Shown one piece after another: positions 39,651-50,130 of a stretch of DNA of 64,000 nucleotides; the stretch's first letter is position 1, and each line of letters begins with the position of its first letter. This DNA is from Haliotis cracherodii (lineage: Eukaryota). The notes below the pieces were generated by a model. That model did no database searches. It worked only from the letters and a program-made list of their open reading frames with translations, and was not told the origin of the DNA. The stretch covers positions 38,998,001-39,062,000 of the forward strand of contig NW_027266286.1 of NCBI RefSeq assembly GCF_022045235.1, written 5' to 3'. A program made the position numbers and the translations under genes.

Positions 39651-39915
39651 GTTTGTCCCGTGAAGATCCGGGTTAGAATAGGTTCTCAGCAACCCATGCA
39701 TGTCATAACAGGCGACTATGCTTGTCGAAGGAGCTGATGGGGTGGTCAGGCTCGCTGACTTGGTTGAAGCATGTCATCGTATCCTAATTGCGCGGATCGA
39801 TGTTCATGTTTTCAATCACTGGATTGTCCGGTCCATACTCGATTATTTACAGACCGCCGTCATATAGCTGGAATATTGCTGAGTGCGGTGAAACACAACA
39901 AACAAATCAAACAAA
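39651..39915 (+). mobile_element. Short retroposon family B (non-tRNA head, LINE-like tail)
   Basis: Head CCCGTGAAGATCCGGGTTAGAAT, tail GCTGGAATATTGCTGAGTGCGG..(CAAA)n, TSD CATATATCT; second copy 53897-54146 (-), fragments near 50495 and 14205. Confidence 0.8.
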
Positions 39916-40804
39916 CATATATCTATAAATAGTATGGTTACCAAAAGTGGTCACGTGACATGCCCCTAATGCGTTATGATCGAAATTATGTTTGAACCGG
40001 GTTTCGGCGTGCAGAGAATAAACAGATCATTTGGAAAATATCATTAGCGACCAGAACAGAAGTGATTATTTGCTGTTTATACCCTGGCCATGTAGCTAGA
40101 CATACATTTATTAGGTTGGTAAGTAGGAGCCAGACAATACATTGACTGCTGGGGACGAAAATAGCTATTGAGCACGTGGTTACTATATACTGTATTTCGA
40201 ACGGAGACATCAGACAGTTGAAAAATTCGAAAAATGGTAATGTGAGGTTCAAAGAGTTGGAACATAGTCTATCCAAATGTTAAGGAAGCATTGCACTCTA
40301 TTCCCTGAATAGTTAAAACACTTCAATCTGTACCATTCGGAGATATTTCCCTTTGATGTAAACCCAATATATAATGTCTTTTACTTAATCAAACAGCCGT
40401 TAAAATCACGTGAACTTCTATGTGAGAGCAACTGGGGAAGGGTTTGTCACATTTCAACTTTCAACTTTTCGATCCTTTTTTAAGTAGAGACTAGGCACAA
40501 AAATGTTAATCGTTTTATCATGGATCTGTCTTCCCTATACCCAGAACTAGTTCCGAGACTGCTATGGTGAACATTGTTAGGTTATTGTAGTTCAGTTCCA
40601 AAACCAATAAAAACTCTTCAAATCGAGTCATGATAAAGTACAGCGTCACAAGGGGACGGACACAGACGGAGTGTGCAATATCGCAGAAAGACATGTTCGT
40701 AATAAGAAAGAAAACATATTTATTTCTGCTCACATATCTTAACAGGACACTTTGTAAAAATGTATTATAAATCTTTTGTGGTCGGAATATCTTACTGTTA
40801 AGGT

Positions 40805-41010
40805 GGACCGCAACCGTGACCTAGTGGTAGAGCGTCTGGTCGGAGAGCAGAAGATCGGGGATTCGACCCCCGAACGCGTCATACCAACAGACGTTAAAAT
40901 ATGGTACTTGTTGTTACGCTGCCTGACGCTCGGCATTACCGGGATAATACAACGACTATTGAAATCGGCATTAGTTCGGACTAGTACTAGCAGCCGTACC
41001 AGCAGCCACA
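40805..41010 (+). mobile_element. Diverged, internally deleted SINE family A
   Basis: GACCGC..CTAGTGGTAGAGCGTCTG, ATTCGACCCC, CGCGTCATACCAACAGACGTT. Confidence 0.75.
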
Positions 41011-41390
41011 TTGGTGATGGCTTTCAAAGAATCTTTGACATTTGGGCCTCTTTGCAATGCTTTCAGTCAATCGCACACAGACACGTTTGTTCCTGTACAA
41101 CAAAAATCAATAATTCTTCTTATAATTGTGATTTTGCACCGTTATGTTTTCAATAAAGACTGTATTTGGCAAACCACGTGTTTTCTTTTCACCCGGAAAT
41201 GCCATCATTAAAAGAGGATTTCGAACGCGTCGTGGAAGCAAGCAGTAAAAATCGTTTTTTTAGCGATTCAGAAAAATGATTGCCGTCCTCCTGTAGGTTG
41301 ATTATCAGTTAGAGCTGTTTAGTGTCGGGAGGTCTTTAAGGTATTGTCGCGACAACCTGTAGTATTGTATTAATGTGTTACTTGTTGCAG

Positions 41391-42687
41391 GCGAGTTCAC
41401 AGTGACCACATGACGACTGGGCCGGTGAGTAGGGCCAAGAAGCAGCTGGCGTGTACCCAGGCGGTGCTACCTGGACTCGCAAACCCTTTCCCGGGAGTGG
41501 ACGACGTCACAAGAGGCAATGACGTCGACAAAGTCATCACCCGGCGACGCCTTTCTAGGGCGGATACTCTTGCAGGTGATGAACCCCTCTTGGAAAAAAC
41601 ACCAACCAAGACTTGGAAGAGGCTGCTAAGGCGTCAGCGAACAATGGGAGACATGAGTGGAGAGGTGCAGAAGAAACCCTCTAGAGGACGGCTGCATGGC
41701 CTCCTGGTCCGTTTAGACAGAGCTACGAGAGGCTCTCGACTCATTCGGAGTTCATCAATAAGTGGTTCCTACCCTGACATAAGTCATCTACACGTATCTC
41801 TATCTTCTTCTACATGGAATAAAGACCACGGCTGTAATATTCCAGCAGCGATGGAAGTTGACGAGGAACCAGGCGGTATTAACGTCGAGAGTAGGTATCA
41901 ATCAGTAGGAAGAAATCATCTGAGTCTTCAAAAGGGAACCAACGAAGGCTATAACAGTAAAATTGAAAACATCATAGTGCTCGAAAAGACGCCTGGGTCA
42001 GGCATGCAACTTCGTAGTGGTAATATCATACAGTCTAGCAAGTTTGAGGCCAAAGAAAGAACTGACAATCCTTGCAAAAGTCGTCGATGTGTTACTGACA
42101 CGAACAGTTTGTCGTCGGGACAAACCTATTCGCAGATTTTAGAATTTTTATATTTGGGAAGCATTGAAGCTGCCTACAACGAGCCATTATTATGCAAATT
42201 GGATGTCCAGGTACTTGTAGATTTGTCTAATGTACCAGCGTCACAAGTTCCTACTGGAAAGAAGACCAACTGCCCGTGTCCGTGCAGGAAACAGAACCAC
42301 TTCCGGTCTCGCCTCAATGTAGGAGTTGATGATATTGAATGGGAAAATATCTCACAGCATTTCAGCGACATCAACAACTTTATCGAAGGCGCCAGAAAAG
42401 GCAACAAACACGTGTTAGTGTATAGTTACCACGGAAAGTCGCGTGCTGCAGCAGTGATAATCCAGTACATCATGCAGCACTTCCGGCTGTCGCTCCATGA
42501 CGCCCACAGACTGGTGGCGACACGGCATCCTGGAATAGCTGTCAACTCTGGCTTCTGGAGAGCACTTCAACGCTTCGAAAAACAGATGATTCATGAGTCG
42601 GGAATGCCCTTCAGAAACCCACACAACGAACCAGGCTTAGCCTTGGGGCCACCTAGAATTAAAGACGCATGGACGGAAACATTCTGA
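41391..42687 (+). CDS. DSP-domain protein with inactivated catalytic motif (probable pseudophosphatase); ORF from ATG 41410 is 425 aa
   Basis: SQILEFLYLGSIEAAYN, VDD loop, HVLVYSYHGKSRAAAVIIQYIM, IAVNSGFWRALQRFE; acceptor ttgcAG 41390; uninterrupted ORF; AATAAA at about 42720. Confidence 0.9.
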
Positions 42688-43900
42688 GCAATTTCCATGC
42701 GCAATTAGCATTTACTTGGAATAAAGAGCTCATTGCACCACGTACACTCTATACATTCGTACGAACCAACGGTTTTGTGGAATAATCACTTCAAATGTTA
42801 CAATATAGGCCCTAATATGGTGTGCGACTGTAGCACAAGTTGGTGACGGTCAACAGGTATTATCACCGACCTATGTCTGTGAATACAGTACGCTCAGACA
42901 CTACAATATAGCAGCATGTCTTGACCTATGGGACAATATCCATTATGCAAACTTATTATGTATGTGGGTGAGTTGTACATGCTAATAGTATAAAAAACAT
43001 TGTTTATAGTGCAATCACGTTTCTGAGTTGTGCATTATTGGGAGCCCAGTTTTTCTAACATGAAATCGACATGGCCTGTGTATTGACCCTATTGTTTTAC
43101 GTAGTTTCAGTGAATCCAAGAGTAGGAGCAGAATTCCCATTATATTACTTGGGTTTGTTGGAAGCAAACAGGCATTATTGTTTTGTGGAAAGAACAGGGC
43201 CTTGAGTTTGACCACTCTTAAATCACGTCATATATATATTTTTAAAAACCCGCATGCCAGGATACACACACAAAAAGTTTTCTTTAAAGGTATACGCCTC
43301 AACGTGAATTCTTGTATGTAGAAAGATGCATTAATATCCCATATCTTGAGCTCAAATATAACGACTCAGTTATGTGGGCAGAATTTGGAGGATGAGCATA
43401 TTCTCAGCCAATGTGAGATCGGGCTTGTCTCCAGCTAACTAGTCCTAAATGTTGAAGTAGGCATACTGTAGATACAGATGGATACAAAGTTTATTACAGG
43501 AGTAGAGTCACGTATATACATATACATCATTAATTCAAACGAATATGTTTATATGACGTCAGTATATATGTAATACATAAATAGATGAGTTCTATACAAA
43601 TGAAATACAGTATAACAGATATTAATTGCTATAACATTATACATCGGTTTAAGTACCTATATCTATTACATACAAAAATACATAGTGTCAAGTGAATATG
43701 TATTTTATTTATAATGCCTTGTTTTAGAATTAATACGGTATTCGCGTTATTGAATATCGTGCTTCCCTAGCAACAGGTCATACACTGGTTTTTAACATAC
43801 CACTCACGATATGAATTTATATATATTCACTATTCATCATTCGACAACAATAATATCGCTGACGTCGAACAAACCAATGCAAGCAACTAATGTTACTAAA

Positions 43901-45449
43901 CTAATGTCCAAAAGAAACGATACCACGTGTTTGAAAGGACATTACAAAAAAACTAAACGATACAGAAATTTCAAATTGGTATATGACTTGTGAGTAATGT
44001 TTTCACAGTATGTGTACAAAAATTCATTGTAATCAATCCTTTACAATCATGAGGACAGACATGTAAAGACGCGGTGTGGTGTGTGTGTGTGTGTGGGGGG
44101 GGGGGGTCCAAAATGAAAATTTCATTTGAACACAGTTGATGTGTCAAGTGTGGAAAATGTCACATCACACGTCTCACAGTCACGTTAGTACCGGTTATGT
44201 CCACCGTGAGCGTCAATACACGCTAGTACACGTCTACGGGCTGATGACGTTGGGGGGGGGGGGGGGGGGGGGGGGGATGCGTTGCCATTCATGGAGAAGG
44301 CATTGTTCCAATTCCTGGAGGTTAACTGGAGGCCCAGGGCGATTCCTGACTTTGCGGCCGAGAATGTCCCACATGTGTTCGATTGGGTTCATGTCCGGTG
44401 AACATGCCGGCCATGGTAAAACGTGAATGTTGGCGTTTGCTAGGAAGTTCTGGGTCAGCCTTGCCGTGTGAGGCCTCGCATTATCGTGCTGGAAAATGAT
44501 ACCATTAGGCTGTTGTTGGATGAATGGCACCACAACTGGTTGTAATATGTTATCACGATAGCGCTGCGCATTCAGGTTTCCTCGAATAACGACGAGTCTC
44601 GTTTTGACGTCACCGCAGATTCCACCCCAAACCATTAAACCTCCGCCTCCATATGGCCTGACTTGATGGATGCAGTTCGGTGCCAAACGTTCACCTACTC
44701 TTCGGTACACACGCTGCCGGCCGTCGTTCCTGAAGATGCAAAATCTGCTTTCGTCAGAAAACATGACACGTGCCCAGTTCCACCGTTGCCACCGTTGCCA
44801 TATGCGTCTGTTGAGTCGGTGTTGAGGTGTCAGGAACGCTCCGCGGTAGGGGCGACGTGCTCGGATACCATGTGCCCGCAGTCTCGAGTACACGGTTTGT
44901 CGACTTATCACGTGTCCCAGTGCCGTCCGTGCCGTTAACGTCGCCGTTACGAAGCGGTTCCGAAGGTGAAGTACCCGGATGTGGCGGTCTTTAATAGGCG
45001 TGGTCACCCGTGGTCTCTCGGTTCTCGGCCTATCTGCTGTCCGACCTGTTTGACGCAACCGCTGCATTAACCCGGTGACGGTTATGCGCACGCATCCTAA
45101 CCTTCTGGCGACGTCGCAGTGCGTAGCTCTCTGTTGGAGCATTCCTCTCTCTCTCAATCGCTGTCAAACGTGGCATTTCTTTTGTGTGCTTTTTGTTGCT
45201 GTGATCCCAACGTGTCGGGTCAGCAGTTTTATACAGAAGATATGCACGTTCATTTCGTGTTACGGGACGGAACGTCATTTGGGCAAATTGCACGCTTTTT
45301 TCTCAATTGATCAAATGTTCCCGGTTTTATCGACCGAATACGTTTGGTTTGGAACGTAGGATACGCAAAAGTACCTTTTCAGACGAAAATTAACTCTTCA
45401 TAATAAAATATTTAGAAAAATGTGTGGTATCGTTTCTTTTGGACATTAG
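43901..45449 (-). mobile_element. Full-length Tc1 (DD34E) transposon with frameshifted transposase (ATG 45176)
   Basis: Perfect 26-bp TIR CTAATGTCCAAAAGAAACGATACCAC (43901-43926, 45424-45449); FSDESRF, QHDNARPH, 34 aa, then SPDMNPIE. Confidence 0.95.
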
Positions 45450-46747
45450 CTTAGTAGCAATACAACGCATAAAAAAGGCTTACCTCAGCAAAGAAGTAGG
45501 AATATGTAGATAGATTACGTACAGCAAATTGTGCAAATTGACTGTAAACAAAGGGACATTTGGGGATAAGACCATCTGCTATGCTGACCGAGGCGTCAGC
45601 TAACAAAAGGTATTGATTTGCTAAAGGGAATAAGACTGACACGAAGTGACCACTCTAGTTGCATGACGGAATTGCCCTTTGTGTTGAGTTGCCCTGAAGT
45701 ATTGTTAGTTCAACAGTGGTTACTGGTTACTCAGGTAACGCTGTGAAACATTTTAAATAATAGAGAGCATAGAAATGTAAAGCATTATCACATTTGACAT
45801 TTTATCAAAGATCAAATTTTCTTTGACATAAGGAATGATAACGCAAATGGCGCACTATAACAATACAAATCAACCATGGGAAAAATCTTTCGTCATCGAA
45901 AAGTAAGAAGTATGTGAACATTGTAAATGGTGGAGATATGAAAATTGGGTCTGTTTTGTTTGAGGTAAAATACTTGTTTCCAAGAAGTATACAGAACACT
46001 ATGTGTACACCGTTAAAGTTTCTGTTGAAGAACTGGGCAACAGTACTCCATACATATTGTGCTGGACAATTAAAGATTTGCTGAAAATGGTTGAGATATG
46101 ATACGCTGAATGCTGATATGTTGTCTCAAGCAAATGGGGATAATATCGCGGACATGGCTTGATTGGTTCTGTTTTCTGTTGGAAACTTCGACTTATCAAT
46201 GTATCCCCGAATTCTAAGGTCGCAAATACTCGATGGTGTTTGATTAGTCCATGGGGTAGACATAGAGATAATGACATGATGGGGACCAGCTGGCACAGGA
46301 GCATGTAGATAGTTCCAGCAGAATGTAGAATCGGTTCATTATGACGAAGAACAATAATATGCAAACGAGTGATATCATGATGGATCACAGAGGATCACAG
46401 AAAAGTGTTTGTCTGGGGATATTGCAACCTAACATGCCATGCACGCTACACAATTAAATACCGACATACACAGCTGGTTGGAGACAAACCTACCTTCATT
46501 AAATAGTAACGGGGAAAAGTAACTGTGGTTCAATAAAAATACACATATTTTTCAATAATGCATCTTTCAGTAAATCCCCAGGAAGACATCTCGACTTGAA
46601 GGTGATGAGTAACTATGTGGACATGGATGTTAATGTACGGCGCACAGTTAATAACGCTTCTGCAATGCCAACGCTTTGCTGAAAATCAGGTTTCAAGACA
46701 TTTCAATGTTCATCGAAACACAATATTATCTCTTTGGAGATAGCTAC

Positions 46748-49700
46748 GCGTTTCTGGGAAGTTATGAATGTTAGACTGAGGCTGTGATAGAGTATCGGTG
46801 TACGGTGGGGCGTTTCTGGGAAGTTAGGAATGTTGGACCGAGGCTTTGATAGAGTATCGGTGTACAGTGGGGCGTTTCTAGGAAGTTATGAATGTTGGAC
46901 TGAGGCTGTGATGGAGTATCAATGTAGGGTGGGGCGTTTCTGGGAAATTATGAATTTTGGACTGAGGCTGTGATAGAGTATCGGTGTACGGTGAGGCGTT
47001 TCTGGGAAGTTATGAATGTTGGACTGAGGCTGTGATAGAGTATCGGTGTACGGTGGGGCATTTCTCGGGACTTATGAATGTAAGACTGAGGCTGTGATAG
47101 AGTATCAGTGTAAGGTGGAGCGTTTCTGGGAAGTTATGAATGTTGGACTGAGGCTGTGATAGAGTATCGGTGTTCTGTGGGGCGTTTCCAGGAAGTTATG
47201 AATGTTGGACTGAGGCTGTGATAGAGTATCTGTGTACGGTGGGACGTTTCCAGGAAGTTATGAATGTTGGACTGAGACTGTGATAGAGTATCGGTGTACG
47301 GTGGGACGTTTCCAGGAAGTTATGAATGTTGGACTGAGGCTGTGATAGAGTATCGGTGTACGGTGGGGCATTTCCGGGAGGCAAGGAATGTTGGACTGAG
47401 TCTGTGATAGAGTATCAGTGTAAGGTGGGGTGTTTCTGGGAAGTTATGAATGTTGGACTGAGTCTGTGATAGAGTATCGGTATTCGGTGGTGCGTTTCTG
47501 GGAAGTTATGAATGTTGGACTGAGGCTGTGATAGAGTATCGGTGTTCTGTGGGGCGTTTCCAGGAAGTTATGAATGTTGGACTGAGACTGTGATAGAGTA
47601 TCGGTGTACAGTGGGACGTTTCCAGGAAGTTATGAATGTTGGACTGAGGCTGTGATAGAGTATCGGTGTTCTGTGGGACGTTTCCAGGAAGTTATGAATG
47701 TTGGACTGAGGCTGTGATAGAATATCAGTGTTCGGTGGGGCGTTTCCAGGAAGTTATGAATGTTGGACTGAGTCTGTGATAGAGTATCAGTGTAAGGTGG
47801 GGCGTTTCTGGGAAGTTATGAATGTTGGACTGAGGCTGTGATAGAGTATCGGTGTTCTGTGGGACGTTTCCAGGAAGTTATGAATGTTGGACTGAGGCTG
47901 TGATAGAATATCAGTGTTCGGTGGGGCGTTTCCAGGAAGTTATGAATGTTGGACTGAGGCTGTGATAGAATATCTGTGTACGGTGGGGCGTTTCTGGGAA
48001 GTTATGAATGTTGGACTGAGGCTGTGATAGAGTATCTGTGTACGGTGGGACGTTTCCAGGAAGTTATGAATGTTGGACTGAGGCTGTGATAGAGTATCTG
48101 TGTTGGGTGGGGCGTTTCTGGGAAGTTATGAATGTTGGACTGAGTCTGTGATAGAGTATCAGTGTACGGTGGGACGTTTCCAGGAAGTTATGAATGTTGG
48201 ACTGAGGCAGTGATAGAGTATCGGTGTACGATGGGACGTTTCCAGGAAGTTATGAATGTTGGACTGAGACTGTGATAGAGTATCGGTGTACGGTGGGACG
48301 TTTCCAGGAAGTTATGAATGTTGGACTGAGGCTGTGATAGAGTATCGGTGTACGGTGGGGCATTTCCGGGAGGCAAGGAATGTTGGACTGAGTCTGTGAT
48401 AGAGTATCAGTGTAAGGTGGGGCGTTTCTGGGAAGTTATGAATGTTGGACTGAGTCTGTGATAGAGTATCGGTATTCGGTGGTGCGTTTCTGGGAAGTTA
48501 TGAATGTTGGACTGAGGCTGTGATAGAGTATCGGTGTAAGGTGGGGCGTTTCCAGGAAGTTATGAATGTTGGACTGAGACTGTGATAGAGTATCGGTGTA
48601 CAGTGGGACGTTTCCAGGAAGTTATGAATGTTGGACTGAGGCTGTGATAGAGTATCGGTGTTCTGTGGGACGTTTCCAGGAAGTTATGAATGTTGGACTG
48701 AGGCTGTGATAGAATATCAGTGTAAGGTGGGGCGTTTCTTGGAAGTTATGAATGTTGGACTGAGTCTGTGATAGAGTATCAGTGTAAGGTGGGGCGTTTC
48801 TGGGAAGTTATGAATGTTGGACTGAGGCTGTGATAGAGTATCGGTGTTCTGTGGGACGTTTCCAGGAAGTTATGAATGTTGGACTGAGGCTGTGATAGAA
48901 TATCAGTGTTCGGTGGGGCGTTTCCAGGAAGTTATGAATGTTGGACTGAGGCTGTGATAGAGTATCTGTGTACGGTGGGGCGTTTCTGGGAAGTTATGAA
49001 TGTTGGACTGAGGCTGTGATAGAGTATCTGTGTACGGTGGGACGTTTCCAGGAAGTTATGAATGTTGGACTGAGGCTGTGATAGAGTATCTGTGTTGGGT
49101 GGGGCGTTTCTGGGAAGTTATGAATGTTGGACTGAGGCTGTGATAGTGTATCTGTGTACGATGGGGCGTTTCCAGGAAGTTATGAATGTTGGACAGAGGC
49201 TGTGATAGAGTATCGGTGTACGATGGGGCGTTTCCAGGAAGTTATGAATGTTGGACAGAGGCTGTGATAGAGTATCTGTGTACGATGGGGCGTTTCCAGG
49301 AAGTTATGAATGTTGGACAGAGGCTGTGATAGAGTATCGGTGTACGATGGGGCGTTTCCAGGAAGTTATGAATGTTGGACAGAGGCTGTGATAGAGTATC
49401 GGTGTACGGTGGGACGTTTCCAGGAAGTTATGAATGTTGGACTGAGGCTGTGATAGAGTATCTGTGTACGGCGGGACGTTTCCAGGAAGTTATGAATGTT
49501 GGACTGAGGCTGTGATAGAGTATCAGTGTAAGATGGGGCGTTTCTGGGAAACTATGAATGTTGGACTGTGAAGTTATGAATGTTGGACTGAGGCTGTGAT
49601 AGAGTATCAGTGTATGGTGGGGCGTTTCTTGGAAGCTATGAATGTTGGACAGATGCTGTGATAGAGTATCGGTGTATGGTGGGGCGTTTCTGTGAAGTTA

Positions 49701-50130
49701 TGAATGTTGGACTGAGGCTGTGATAGAGTATCAGTGTAAGATGGGGCGTTTCTGGGAAACTATGAATGTTGGACTGTGAAGTTATGAATGTTGGACTGAG
49801 GCTGTGATAGAGTATCAGTGTACGGTGGGGCGTTTCTGGGAGGTTATGAATATTAGACTGAGGCTGTGATAGAGTATCAGTGTACGGTGGGGCGTTTCTG
49901 GGAAGTTATGAATGTTGGACTGAGGTTGTGATAGAGTATCGGTGTACGGTGGGGCGTTTCTGGGAAGTTATGAATGTTGGACTGAGGCTGTGATAGAGTA
50001 TCGGTGTACGTTTGGGCATTTCTGGAAAGTCCAACATCCATAACTTCCCAGAAACGCCCCACCTTAAACTGATACTCCATCACAGCCTATCAGGGACGTT
50101 TCTGGGAAGTTATGAATGTTGGACTGAAGT
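46748..50130. repeat. 62-bp minisatellite, about 54 units, 3.4 kb
   Basis: Unit CGTTTCYRGGAAGTTATGAATGTTGGACTGAGGCTGTGATAGAGTATCGGTGTACGGTGGGR. Confidence 0.98.

Noticed and set aside
39657-39745. HDV-like, hammerhead or twister ribozyme in the family B head
   Set aside because: Lacks the CUGANGA/GAAA core, the HDV nested double-pseudoknot spacing and the twister consensus; kept only as an unclassified structured-RNA candidate
46748-50130. CRISPR array or repeat-protein gene
   Set aside because: Head-to-tail 62-bp units without spacers; unit length is not a multiple of 3 and has frequent stops
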